A DNA stretch of 64,000 nt from positions 1,568,001 to 1,632,000 of the forward strand of contig OY969801.1 of the NCBI GenBank assembly GCA_963703225.1. The letters are read 5' to 3'. Below, one piece after another: positions 10,169-20,414 of this stretch. The stretch comes from Candidatus Eiseniibacteriota bacterium (GTDB taxonomy: Bacteria; Eisenbacteria; RBG-16-71-46; SZUA-252). The position numbers were made by a program, and so were the translations under genes. The notes below the pieces were generated by a model that was not told the origin of the DNA, did no database searches, and saw nothing but the letters and a program-made list of their open reading frames with translations. Within the stretch, counting starts at the first letter, position 1. Each line of letters begins with the position of its first letter.

Positions 10169-10914
10169 GCGAGACCCCCAGCGACTCGAGATTTACGATT
10201 CCCTTGTAGTCGGTGAGTTCGAACGTGAGCGGCGTCACCGAGACAAAGCCTTCCTCCACGGCGGTAAAGTCGCTGGCCTCGTCGTGCTCCCAGGTCGGCT
10301 CCTCTCCGCCGATCCAGTAGTAGAGTTTGCCTCTGGGATCGGTCTTCTCGACGATGACGTCCCGATAGACGCGCTTCCCCAGCCGGGTGATTCGCACCCC
10401 CTTCAGGTCGCCCCACGGGATCGGCGGGATGTTCACGTTCAGGCAGGAGTTCTCGGGGATGCCCTTGCGGAGGAGCTGTCGCACCAGATTCCTGCGCCAC
10501 GCGGGCCGCGGGACCGAAGTCGGCTTCCCCCCAGGTCGCGAGCGAGATCGCGATCGAGGGGATCCCCAGAAACGTGCCCTCGCTCGCGGCCGCCACGGTG
10601 CCCGAATACATCACGTCGCTCCCCATGTTCGGACCGTGGTTGATCCCCGATACCACCAAAGCCGGTTTCTTCTTGAGGAATCCGTGCACGCCCAGGAGCA
10701 CCGCGTCGGTGGGCGTCCCATCGACGCTCATCACCCGGTCCGAGATCGCGTGCACCCGGAGTGGCCGGTGGAGCGTGAGCGCGTGGCTCGTCGCGCTCTG
10801 CTCCCGGTCGGGCGCGATGATCGAGACGGTGCCGAGCGGGGCCAGCGCTTCGGCCAGCGCGCGGATCCCATTCGCCTGGATCCCGTCGTCGTTCGTGACG
10901 AGGATGTCGATCAT
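10149..10914 (-). CDS. surE: 5'/3'-nucleotidase SurE (apparent frameshift near 10490)
   Basis: ILVTNDDG, DGTPTDAV, SGINHGPN, YSGTV in one frame; LNVNIP, DPRGKLYYWIG, VSVTPL in another. Confidence 0.9.
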
Positions 10915-11573
10915 TTCCCTACGTGGCGCAGCACGAGGCGGATGAACCGGATCGTGTCCCGGAACGGGTGGATGTGACTCCCCGGAGCGTTATAGATCGT
11001 GGGAACGGGCGCCGCGCCGATCCGAAAACCGGCCTTGGCCGCGCCGATCAGGAATTCCGATTCGTAGTCGAAGCGACGGCTCTCGGGGCGGACCTTCCGC
11101 AGAACATCCGCACGGATCGCGCGAAAGCCCGACTGGGAATCCTGAATTCTCTGACCCGCGAGCTTGGAGACGAACCACGTCGTGACGTCGTTGGTGGCGC
11201 GGCGGAGCCACGGCATCCCGGTTCGGTCCCCCTCCCGCGACCCGATGACGACGTCGGCGCTCTCGAGCGCCGCGAGGAGCTGAGGCGCGAACGCGGGGTC
11301 GTGCTGGCCATCGGCGTCCAGCGCCAGCACACAGTCGGCGCCGCGCGAGAGCGCGAGGTCGAATCCAGTCTCCAGCGCAGCCCCCTTGCCTCGGTTTTGC
11401 TCATGACGCGCCACGATCGCACCCGCTTCGCGCGCCCGCTCGCCGGTGGCGTCGGTCGACCCATCGTCCACGACGACGACCTCCGTGCTCGGCAAGGCGG
11501 TCTTGAGCCTCCGGACGACGTCTCCGACGGTCGCGCCTGCGTCCCGAGCCGGAATCACGGCGATCGACTTCAT
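10911..11573 (-). CDS. Glycosyltransferase family 2 (DPM1-like)
   Basis: MKSIAVIPA, VVDDGSTD, NRGKGAA, LDADGQHDP, DSQSGFR. Confidence 0.9.
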   Translation of the reverse strand: MKSIAVIPARDAGATVGDVVRRLKTALPSTEVVVVDDGSTDATGERAREAGAIVARHEQNRGKGAALETGFDLALSRGADCVLALDADGQHDPAFAPQLLAALESADVVIGSREGDRTGMPWLRRATNDVTTWFVSKLAGQRIQDSQSGFRAIRADVLRKVRPESRRFDYESEFLIGAAKAGFRIGAAPVPTIYNAPGSHIHPFRDTIRFIRLVLRHVGK

Positions 11574-12472
11574 CGGCGAGTCGATTCGGCTCCCCCACCA
11601 ACCGGAACGGCCCAACCTCCACGGTCCCACTCGAACCACTGAGTGGGGTGCGCCCGAACGTGGTCGTCGAAAAACTTCTGAAGCCGCGCCTCCGCTTGCG
11701 AGAGCCCGATCCCTCCCCGCTTCGGCTCCAGCGTGAAAGCGGGGTGGAACCGAACCTCGGCGGCACCGTCGGGCGCGCGCCACGCGACGCCGGCCAGGAC
11801 TTGGGCCGATGCCCGCCGCGCGATCAGGAGCGGGCCCGCATCGACCCGGACCAGACCCTGCGAGCGGTTCCCCTCGGACGGCCGGAGCGCCCCGACGCGA
11901 CCACGGGTCGCGCGGTCGGCGAGCGCGGCGATCCACCCGCCCGCGCGGAGGCGCTCCACCGCCTCCGCCGCCGGACGCCGGGCGCTCAGGGTGCGGACGC
12001 CGAAGGCCGCCCGCCGGGCGGCGAAGAACCGTTCCACCGCGGAGAATCGGTGGCGCCTCGTCAGCGCGCCCACCGGTCCGACCTCTCGCGCGAGCCATTG
12101 GAGGGCCGCTTCCCACGGCCCGAAGTGTCCGCTCACGAGGACCGTCGAGCGCTTCGCATCGAGCGCTCTTCGGAGGATCGCCCGCGCCTCGTCGTCGAGC
12201 CGAACTGGGGGGGCACCCTCCCCTCGCGCGTCCGTGGCGAGAAAGTCCCGGAGCGCGAGCGCGAACTCCCGGTGCGTCTCGCGCGCCTCGGGAGGCTCCC
12301 CGCGACCACCGCCTTCGGACCAAATGCGACGAAGCCGCCGGTCGACGGCGCGCGCACTCGCGGGATGGCTCCAGACGTACAGATCCGCCAACCAAACGGC
12401 GAGACCGTCGCTCATCCAGGGAGGAAGGTGCCGCGCGGCCGAAGCGGCCAGGCTGTATCCGAGGTCGGTCAC
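11570..12472 (-). CDS. Lysophospholipid/lipid A-type acyltransferase (LpxL/PatA-like)
   Basis: SGHFGPWE, ALADR, HPTQWF; GAGGAG RBS before GTG 12472. Confidence 0.8.
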   Translation of the reverse strand: MTDLGYSLAASAARHLPPWMSDGLAVWLADLYVWSHPASARAVDRRLRRIWSEGGGRGEPPEARETHREFALALRDFLATDARGEGAPPVRLDDEARAILRRALDAKRSTVLVSGHFGPWEAALQWLAREVGPVGALTRRHRFSAVERFFAARRAAFGVRTLSARRPAAEAVERLRAGGWIAALADRATRGRVGALRPSEGNRSQGLVRVDAGPLLIARRASAQVLAGVAWRAPDGAAEVRFHPAFTLEPKRGGIGLSQAEARLQKFFDDHVRAHPTQWFEWDRGGWAVPVGGGAESTRR

Positions 12473-12499
12473 GTTCTGCGGCCCCTCCTCAGCAGTGTG

Positions 12500-12534
12500 G
12501 AACGGAAACGCCCCGGGGTACAGACCCCGGGGCG
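12500..12534 (-). terminator. Intrinsic terminator-like hairpin after tRNA-Pro(GGG)
   Basis: 11-bp inverted repeat CGCCCCGGGGT/ACCCCGGGGCG followed by TTTCCGTT on minus strand. Confidence 0.6.
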
Positions 12535-12556
12535 CATGTTCCGGAACGGACTCAGA

Positions 12557-12633
12557 TGGTCGGGGCGACAGGATTTGAACCTGCGACCACCTCCACCCCA
12601 AGGAGGTGCGCTACCGGGCTGCGCTACGCCCCG
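12557..12633 (-). tRNA. tRNA-Pro(GGG)
   Basis: CGGGGCGTAGCGCAGCCCGGTAGCGC...CCTCC-TTGGGGT-GGAGG...GGTTCAAATCC...CCGACCA. Confidence 0.97.
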
Positions 12634-12740
12634 ACCTCATCGTGCGGCGTCGGGCGATGCGAATTCGCGCCCCATGCTACACGACCGCCGAGGGAGCGGA
12701 CAAGGGGGCAGCTCCCCGCGTCGCACCAGCGGACACGACG

Positions 12741-13127
12741 TCAGCGGCGACTTCTCGCCTTTGCCTGGGCCTCTTGCCGCAGCAGATTCAAGAGTCCCTC
12801 CATGTCTTTCCGAAGCCCACGGAGCATCTCCTCGCGATCGAGTTTGCTGAACGGGAGCTCGATCTGCTCCTTCCCCTCGGAGCGCTCGTCGAGAATCCGC
12901 CGCCTCGCTCCCGCGATCGTGAAGCGCTGGTCGTAGAGGAGCTGCTTGATCTCGAAGAGCACCTCGATGTCGCGCTTCCGGTACATTCGAGCGCCGCCAC
13001 GCCCCTTCTTCGGGCGGAGCATCTTGAATTGCGTCTCCCAGTAGCGGAGGACGTGGGGCTTGACGCCGATCAAGTCGCTCACTTCGCTGATGGAGTAGTA
13101 GAGCCTACCGGTCGGAAGCGACTTCAC
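12741..13127 (-). CDS. MerR-family transcriptional regulator
   Basis: YYSISEV..GVKPHVLRYWETQF..LRPKK; typical merR-tRNA-Pro linkage. Confidence 0.9.
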   Translation of the reverse strand: MKSLPTGRLYYSISEVSDLIGVKPHVLRYWETQFKMLRPKKGRGGARMYRKRDIEVLFEIKQLLYDQRFTIAGARRRILDERSEGKEQIELPFSKLDREEMLRGLRKDMEGLLNLLRQEAQAKARSRR

Positions 13128-13131
13128 GGGA

Positions 13132-14161
13132 TCACCTCCTGGATAGAGTTCCGGCTTCCGCTTTCAAGTCACGCGTCAAGAGCTCGCGCAGGGCGCTCCG
13201 GGCGCTCTTCCCTTCGTAGAGTATGGCGTGCACCTGCTCGACGATGGGAAGCTCGACGCCCTGCTGACGCGCGAGTGCGAGTGCTGCTTCCGATGTGGCC
13301 ACCCCCTCCACGACCATCGGCGAGGAGTCGAGGGCTTCCTTCAAGGTCGCGCCGCGCCCGATGGCTTCCCCCAGACGTCGGTTTCGGCTGTGGCGGCTGG
13401 TGGCGGTGGCGATCAGGTCTCCCATTCCCGCGAGCCCGGCGAATGTCTCGGGCCGAGCGCCGAGGCGCTCTCCCAGCCGGGCAATTTCCGCCAGGCCGCG
13501 CGTCAAGAGCGCCGCCTTGGTGGAATCTCCGAAGCCGAGGCCGTCGGCGATCCCGGCCGCGATCGCGATCACGTTCTTCAGCGCGACGCCGATCTCGACC
13601 CCCACGACGTCGTCGTTCGTGTAGATCCGGAGCCAGTCGGTGGCATAGGACTCCTGCGCCCGGAGCGCGAGCGGTGCGCTGGTGGACGCGGCGACAATCA
13701 GGGTCGGGACGCGCCGCGCCACTTCCTCCGCGTGGCTCGGCCCCGCGAGCACCACGACCCGATCCGCCAGCTCCCGCGGCAGCGTCTCCCCCAGCACCTC
13801 GCTCATCCGGCGAAGCGTCTTCGTCTCGAGCCCCTTGGTCGCCACCGTGACCCACTCCACCCGCTTCAGCGATTCCGCCGCCTCCTGGGTGAGGCGGGTG
13901 GTCGTGGCCCGGAGCGCGTGGGACGGGGTCACGAACAGAAGCGTCTCCGCACCCGAGGCTGCCTCGACGAGGGATGAAGTGATCTGGATCGCGGCGGGGA
14001 TCGGGATCTCGGGCAGGAACCGCTCGTTCACCCGGGTGCTGCTTCATCCGCTCGGCCAAGTCGGGCTCGTAGACCCAGAGGCGGACGGCGTGTCCTCTGC
14101 TCTCGAGCACGATCGAGAGCGCGGTACCCCAGCCGCCCCCGCCGATCACGCCGACGTTCAC
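13132..14161 (-). CDS. gpsA: NAD(P)H-dependent glycerol-3-phosphate dehydrogenase (apparent frameshift near 14035)
   Basis: GVIGGGGWGTAL N-terminus; TKGLE, GPSHAEEV, LKNVIAIAAG, GDLIATATSRHSRN. Confidence 0.92.
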
Positions 14162-14781
14162 GGGCGCCCTCCCTTGGGAACACCGAGGATCGGCGGCTCC
14201 GTTCCATTGAGGAGCCTGCGGATATTGGCCGTGTGGCGGACGATGATGAGCAGCGCGACGAGGGCGGAAACGACAATCACCCCCAGCCGCTGCGGATCGC
14301 TGCGAGTGAAGAGCGCCACGAGAATGGGATACGCGACCGCCGCGCCCACCGAGCCGACCGAAACCCGCCGCGAGATCGCGACCAGGAGGATCCAGAGGGC
14401 CAGGGCGAGCAGGGATGGAACGGGCAGGATTCCGAGGAAGACGCCGAGGCTCGTGGCCACGCCCCGCCCACCCTTGAATCCGAGCCAGGGCATGAAGACA
14501 TGACCCAGGATCGCCGCCACGCCCGCCGTCAGGGCAAGGATGCGCGGGTCGACGGTCGCGGCACCCGGGACGAGCCCCTCGAGGGCACGAGGAATCAAGG
14601 TGGCGGCAAAGCCCTTCAGGGCGTCGAGGACAAAGACGAGCGCCCCCCAGGGGGCCCCCAGGACTCGAAATGCGTTGGTCGCGCCGATGTTCTTGCTGCC
14701 CGCGGTCCTCAAATCGACGCCGCGCGCGCGCCCCACCAGAAGGCCCGACGGGATGCCGCCGAGCGCGAACCCGATCAACAC
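14158..14781 (-). CDS. plsY: Glycerol-3-phosphate acyltransferase PlsY
   Basis: GSKNIGATN, DALKG, GH..FKGGRGVAT, RHTANIRRL..GTE; start uncertain (possibly CTG 14808). Confidence 0.93.
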   Translation of the reverse strand: MLIGFALGGIPSGLLVGRARGVDLRTAGSKNIGATNAFRVLGAPWGALVFVLDALKGFAATLIPRALEGLVPGAATVDPRILALTAGVAAILGHVFMPWLGFKGGRGVATSLGVFLGILPVPSLLALALWILLVAISRRVSVGSVGAAVAYPILVALFTRSDPQRLGVIVVSALVALLIIVRHTANIRRLLNGTEPPILGVPKGGRP

Positions 14782-14836
14782 GCAGGAGATGAGAAGCGGA
14801 ATGGTCAGCCCTCCGGAACGCGGACCGGGAGGCCCG

Positions 14837-16150
14837 TCAATGGCTCCCCTTCCATTCGAGCACGATCGGCGTGCCCTGGAAGCCGAAGCGCCGGCGCAAA
14901 CCTCGCTCCAGGTAACTTACATAATTTCGGTGGCGATATCGAGGATTGTTCACAAACAGCGAGAATGTTGGGGGGCGGCTTCCGCTCTGCGCCGCGTAGT
15001 AGAACTTGAGGTGCTTCCCCTGCGACGTTGCGGGCGGCCGGACCCGGTCCAGGATGGCGTGGACCGCCCGGTTCAGCTCGCTGGTCGGGATCGAACGGGC
15101 GTACTCCTTGTAGACCTGCGCGCAAGCGGGAAAGATCCTCCCGACCCCGCTGCCCGTCGCCGCCGAAACGAAGTGCATCGGCACGAAGTCGAGAAACGGG
15201 TAGAGGCGGACGAACTCCTCCTCGATCAGCTTCCGGGTCCCGGCGGGATCCTCCACGAGATCCCACTTGTTGAAGACCACGACGATGCCCTTCCGTTGCT
15301 CTTCGGCAAGCGCCGCGAGCCGCGCGTCCTGGACGCCCGGCTCGCGCGAGACGTCGATGACCAGGAGCACCAGGTCGGCCCGCGAAATGGCGCGGAGCGC
15401 CCGGGTCACGCTGTAGAACTCGATCGGATCGGTGACCTTGCTTTCCCGGCGCACCCCCGCGGTGTCGACCAGCACGTAGGTCTTCCCCCCGCGCACGAGC
15501 GTCGTGTCGACGGCGTCGCGGGTGGTCCCGGCCACCGAGTCGACCACCATCCGATCCTGGTCGAGGAGCCGGTTCACCAGGGAGGACTTCCCGACGTTGG
15601 GACGCCCCACGACCGCGATCCGGATCGCGCCCTCCAATTCGGGCGTGACTTCGCGCGAAGGGAACCGGCCGACCACCTCGTCCAGGAGATCCCCCGAGCC
15701 GCGCCCATGGAGCGCGGAGACCGGGATCGGAGCCCCCACCCCGAGCGAGTAGAAGTCCGCGAGATCCTCTTCACGGGCGGCCGTATCGGCCTTGTTCGCG
15801 ATCACCAGGGTCGGGCGCCCGCGTCGACGGACCCGCTCCGCCACTTCCCGATCGAGTGACGTGATTCCCTGGGTGGCGTCAACGACGAGCAGCGCGACAT
15901 CGGCCTCCTCGATCGCCTGCGCGGTCTGGTTCAAGATCTGGCGCTGGATCGGGTGGGCGCTACCCGGATCGATTCCCCCGGTGTCGACCAGGAGGAAGCG
16001 CTGGCCGTTCCACTCGGCCTCGGCGTAGTGGCGGTCCCGGGTCAGCCCCGAGATCTCGTCCACGATCGCCCGGCGTTGGCCCAGGATTCGATTGAAGAGG
16101 GTCGACTTCCCGACGTTGGGGCGGCCGACGATGGCGACGATCGGGAGCAC
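14837..16150 (-). CDS. der: Ribosome biogenesis GTPase Der/EngA
   Basis: Two GRPNVGKS G-domains, TRD, DTGG/DTAG, NKAD/NKWD, KH-like tail. Confidence 0.97.
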   Translation of the reverse strand: MLPIVAIVGRPNVGKSTLFNRILGQRRAIVDEISGLTRDRHYAEAEWNGQRFLLVDTGGIDPGSAHPIQRQILNQTAQAIEEADVALLVVDATQGITSLDREVAERVRRRGRPTLVIANKADTAAREEDLADFYSLGVGAPIPVSALHGRGSGDLLDEVVGRFPSREVTPELEGAIRIAVVGRPNVGKSSLVNRLLDQDRMVVDSVAGTTRDAVDTTLVRGGKTYVLVDTAGVRRESKVTDPIEFYSVTRALRAISRADLVLLVIDVSREPGVQDARLAALAEEQRKGIVVVFNKWDLVEDPAGTRKLIEEEFVRLYPFLDFVPMHFVSAATGSGVGRIFPACAQVYKEYARSIPTSELNRAVHAILDRVRPPATSQGKHLKFYYAAQSGSRPPTFSLFVNNPRYRHRNYVSYLERGLRRRFGFQGTPIVLEWKGSH

Positions 16151-16162
16151 GGGCGGTTTCCC

Positions 16163-17446
16163 CTACGCGCGAGCCGGCGCGTCAAACCCGATCTGGACGG
16201 GGACGCCGAGTCTTCGCTCCAGGTCGCTCCGGGTGCGGTCGTCGAGAAAGATCTCTCTCTCCTTGAGGCAATTGGGGGGCAGGAGCACTCGATCCACTGG
16301 ACCATGAGCCAGGAGCGTGCGCTCGATGTCCTCGCCGACGAGGAGACCGCTCACGGTGACGGAATCGCCGAAGTAGCCATTGGTGACCTCCACGATCGAC
16401 GCATCGACCGCGCGCGGGGCCGCTCGGCGAACAGGCGCCGCATGGTGGGGGCCGCGCTCGCGCCGGTCACCACGGCCACCCGCTCCCGGGAGCCGTTTCG
16501 CGCGGCGATAACGTCCTTCCCCTCCATCCAGCGGTCGATCGTCTCGCGCAGCATGCCGATGCCGTTCTCCAGCTGCGGGAACCCCTCGTACGCTCGCGCG
16601 GAGGGGATCTCTTCGCCCGCGAGCACGTACATCTCGTCCGCCGCGTAGACGACGCGGCTCTTCCAGCGCTTCCGGAATGCGGCCTGGTGACGGTGGACCT
16701 CGTCGAGGGCCGCCCGCGCGTCCTCGGCGGTGAAGGTCTTGAGATCGGGGAGCCGGGCCCGGTGCTTCGTCAGCCCGACCGGGACCACCGCGATCGTCTT
16801 GACCCGCGGGTGCCGCTCCGCCAGCTCCACGATGGAGCGCGTGAGAACTTCACCGTCGTTGATCCCGGGGCAAATGACGAGCTGGGTATGAAGCTCGATG
16901 CCGGCCTGAGCGAGGCGGTCGATCTGGCGCAGAATCTGCCCGGACTTCGGATTTTTCATGAGCCGGACCCGAACCTCGGGGTCGGTGGCGTGGACCGACA
17001 CGTAGAGCGGAGAGAGCCGTTCGTCGAGGATCCGCTGGAATTCCGCCTCCGAGAGGTTGGTCAAGCGTGATGAAATTCCCGTGGACGAAGGAGAAGACAT
17101 AGTCGTCGTCCTTGATCAAGAGCTCGCGCCGCACGCCCTTGGGGTGCTGATAGACGAAGCAGAAGACACAGTTGTTGTGGCAGCGCTTGGGCTGCCTGGC
17201 CTCGAATTCCGCGCCGAACGGCACGCCGTACTCGCGCTCACCCGCCACCTCGCGCTCCCCTCCCTCCCGACCGAGAATCAGGAGGCGAAGGCGCTCCTCG
17301 GATACCTGCGTTCCGAAGTCGATCTCGTCGTGGAGGGCGACGCCGTTGATCGCCAGAATACGCTCGCCGGGCATGAGCCCGAGCCGCTCGGCGAGGCCAC
17401 CGGGCTCGACACGCGAAATGGTAAAGGGATCGCTGAGACCAATCAC
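16163..17446 (-). CDS. DUF512 / PDZ + radical-SAM-like protein (two apparent frameshifts, near 17065 and 16410)
   Basis: N-terminal PDZ; CHNNCVFCF..KDDDY; LSPLYVSVHAT, PVGLTK, PQLENGIG, VTVSGLL.GED spread over three frames. Confidence 0.85.
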
Positions 17447-17557
17447 GCAGACCGCTCCGGGATCAAAGAGGCGCTTCGAAGATGCGAAATATTAAGGGGT
17501 TCCGCGTCCTGGATCAAGACATGGGTGAGGGATGGACGGCGGGCCAGAGATGAATCG

Positions 17558-17632
<75 letters not shown>

Positions 17633-17682
17633 TCCCGATGCAGCTCCCTAGAGACCAGGGTAGTGGGAATCCGGAACAGCGG

Positions 17683-18603
17683 TCAAGGCTCAATTCGCGC
17701 GACGATCCGCTCCGCGATCTCCGGGAATTGATCCCGCGACTCCAGATCGAACCAATCGACTCCTTCCACCTTCCGAAACCACGTCTCCTGCCGCTTGGCC
17801 AGCTGCCGCGTCTTGAGGGCGATCGTCCCGACGGCCTCGTCGAGCGAGACCTCCCCGCGGATGTGGGCCACGAGCTCTCGATAGCCAAGGGTCTGGAGCC
17901 CCGGTGCCGTCTCGGGCAGGCCGGCGTCGAGAAGCGCCCGAGCTTGGAGAAGAAACCCGTCGCGCAGCTGATCCTGGATCCGGGACTCGATGCGTCTGGC
18001 GAGCGCGGGCCGAGCCCAGCGGAATCCGAGCCTGACCGCGGGCAACGCCTCGCGACGTCGCTCGCGGCGGAGCGCGCTCACAGGACGGCCGGTCAGCTCG
18101 TGGACCTCGAGGGCCCGGATGACCCGCACCGCGTCGCCCGGGAGGATCTGCGCATGGGCCTCCGGATCGACGCGCGCGAGGTCGGAGCGAAGCGCGTCGA
18201 GGCCGCCCTCCCTCATCCGCGCCTCGAGCCGGGAACGGACGGCGTTGTCCCGCCCAGGGCCCTCGAAGAGTCCGTCCAGAAGTGCCCGCAGATAGAGGCC
18301 GGAACCGCCCACCACCAGGACCGCCCGACCCCGGGATCGAATCTCGTCGATGGCGGCGCGGGCCTCGCGGGCGTAGCGACCCGCGCTGTAGATTTCGCCG
18401 GGGCCGAGGAATGAGGCGAGGTGGTGCGGAGCGAGGGCGCGATCGCGATCGCTGGGAGCGGCCGTGCCGATTTCCAGGCCGCGGTAGATCTGGCGGGAAT
18501 CGGCGCCGACGATTTCGCCGCCGACCTTGCGCGCCACCTGAAGCGCGACCTCGCTCTTTCCGGCGGCGGTCGGACCGAGAATGACGACGGGGCGTCCGGG
18601 CAC
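17683..18603 (-). CDS. miaA: tRNA dimethylallyltransferase
   Basis: GPTAAGKS, DSRQIYRGLEIGTA, VGGSGLY, TRQLAKRQETWF. Confidence 0.96.
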   Translation of the reverse strand: MPGRPVVILGPTAAGKSEVALQVARKVGGEIVGADSRQIYRGLEIGTAAPSDRDRALAPHHLASFLGPGEIYSAGRYAREARAAIDEIRSRGRAVLVVGGSGLYLRALLDGLFEGPGRDNAVRSRLEARMREGGLDALRSDLARVDPEAHAQILPGDAVRVIRALEVHELTGRPVSALRRERRREALPAVRLGFRWARPALARRIESRIQDQLRDGFLLQARALLDAGLPETAPGLQTLGYRELVAHIRGEVSLDEAVGTIALKTRQLAKRQETWFRKVEGVDWFDLESRDQFPEIAERIVARIEP

Positions 18604-18613
18604 GAATGGGCCC

Positions 18614-20410
18614 TTATCGGCGGCCGAAGCGCCGGTCCAGCTCCTCCATCGCGACGCGCACGTAGGTGGGGCGTCCGTGGGGATCGCCGTGCGGGAGGCT
18701 CGTCGCGAAGAGGCGATCGAAGAGGGCGCGGCGCTCTTCCGGGCTCAGGACCTGACCCGAGCGAACGGCTGCGTGACACGCGTAGGTCTTGGCGATCCGC
18801 TCCTCGGGAGGCTCATCCACGTCGATCGAGGCGTGCCCCTCGTCGCCGCCGAGGAGCCGCTTCAGCGCGTCGACCGCGATCTCCTCCGGGAGCGACGCGG
18901 GGACGCCGCGGACCGCCACCTGGCGCTCGCCGATCAGCGAAATGTCGTACCCGAGGCGGCGGGCGTGCGGCTCGATTTGGAGGAGCGAGTCCAGCTCGGC
19001 CGGGGTCAGGTCGACCACGCGGGGAAAGAGGAGGTGCTGGCTCGCACCGGCTTCCCCAAAGAGGTGGATCTGGGCCTCTTCGTAGAGAATTCGCTCGTGG
19101 GCGGCGTGCTGGTCGACGATCACCAGGCCGCCCCGGATCGGCGCGAGCAGGTAGCGGTCGTGGAGCTGCCAGATCGGAATCTCCGGTTCCGCGAGGCTCT
19201 CGCGAAGCTCCGCCACGTCAGGCTCCCGCGCCAGATCGGAACCGCCCCCCTCTTCCGGCGGCGCGTAGATCGCGCGGGCCGCGGTCAGCCCGTCCCACGC
19301 GAGCTGGGAGGCCGGGAGCCTCGCGGCGCTCCCGGGAAGCCCGGTCGCCCCGCCCGCTCCGGCGAGCCCTGGCTCCTCTTCGATCGTGGAGACTCCACCG
19401 CCCACGCCGAGCGAAACGGGCACGTAGCGCTTCATCGCCGTCTCCACCGCCCTCCGCGCCGCCTGGAAAAGCGCCGCCTCGTCGCGGAAGCGCACTTCGC
19501 GCTTGGTCGGATGTACGTTCACGTCGACCTGGCTGGGGTCGATTTCGATCAGAAGCAGGGCGACCGGATGGCGATCGCCGGGAATCAGGTTTCCATACCC
19601 TTGCCGCACGGCCGCGGCGAGCGTGGGCGAGAAGATGACGCGGCCATTCACCGCGAATACCTGGTGTTCCCGGCTGGCGCGCGCGATCTCCGGGGCGCCG
19701 AGGATTCCGCGCAGGCGCATCCCAGGAGCTTCGGTCTCGAACGGAGCCGCGCTCTCCCCCGCGCCCCGGCCATACAGAATCTGCCACCGCTCCAGCAGGT
19801 CGCCCGCCTCCGGGAGATCGTTGTCCTCGCGGCCGTCGACCCGGAATCGCCAGTGGACCCGCGGCGTGCAGAGCGCGTAGCTCCAGACGATGCGGGAGAG
19901 AACCCGGCTCTCGGATTCCCGGGAGCGGAGGAACCGCAGGCGAGCGGGGGTATTGAAGAAGAGATCTTCCACGTGGACGGTCGTCCCCACGGCGCGGCCG
20001 ACGCCCGATACGGAGATCACCGTGCCGCCGAGGATCTCGATCTGACTCCCCGTCAACTCCTCCGCGGCTCGGGTGGAAAGGGTAAGCCGGGAGACTTCCG
20101 CGATCGACGCGAGCGCCTCGCCGCGAAAGCCGAGCGTCCTCATGGAGGTCAGATCCTCCGACCGCTCGAGCTTGCTGGTCGCGTGGCGGCGCACGGCGAG
20201 GAGGGAATCCTCGCGCGACATCCCTCGTCCATCGTCCTGGACCCGGATCGACCGCTCTGGGCTCCCGGCGGTCTGGACCGCGATCAACCGGCTCCCGGCG
20301 TCGAGCGCGTTCTCGATCAGCTCCTTGGCCACGGCGGCGGGGCGGTCGATCACCTCGCCGGCGCGGATCTTCGCGACGACGCTGGGATCGAGGATCCGGA
20401 TGGAGGCCAT
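18614..20410 (-). CDS. mutL: DNA mismatch repair protein MutL
   Basis: AGEVIDRP, ELIENALDAG, GFRGEAL, DVNVHPTK, DQHAAHERILYE, ACH, PHGRP. Confidence 0.96.
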   Translation of the reverse strand: MASIRILDPSVVAKIRAGEVIDRPAAVAKELIENALDAGSRLIAVQTAGSPERSIRVQDDGRGMSREDSLLAVRRHATSKLERSEDLTSMRTLGFRGEALASIAEVSRLTLSTRAAEELTGSQIEILGGTVISVSGVGRAVGTTVHVEDLFFNTPARLRFLRSRESESRVLSRIVWSYALCTPRVHWRFRVDGREDNDLPEAGDLLERWQILYGRGAGESAAPFETEAPGMRLRGILGAPEIARASREHQVFAVNGRVIFSPTLAAAVRQGYGNLIPGDRHPVALLLIEIDPSQVDVNVHPTKREVRFRDEAALFQAARRAVETAMKRYVPVSLGVGGGVSTIEEEPGLAGAGGATGLPGSAARLPASQLAWDGLTAARAIYAPPEEGGGSDLAREPDVAELRESLAEPEIPIWQLHDRYLLAPIRGGLVIVDQHAAHERILYEEAQIHLFGEAGASQHLLFPRVVDLTPAELDSLLQIEPHARRLGYDISLIGERQVAVRGVPASLPEEIAVDALKRLLGGDEGHASIDVDEPPEERIAKTYACHAAVRSGQVLSPEERRALFDRLFATSLPHGDPHGRPTYVRVAMEELDRRFGRR

Positions 20411-20414
20411 CAGG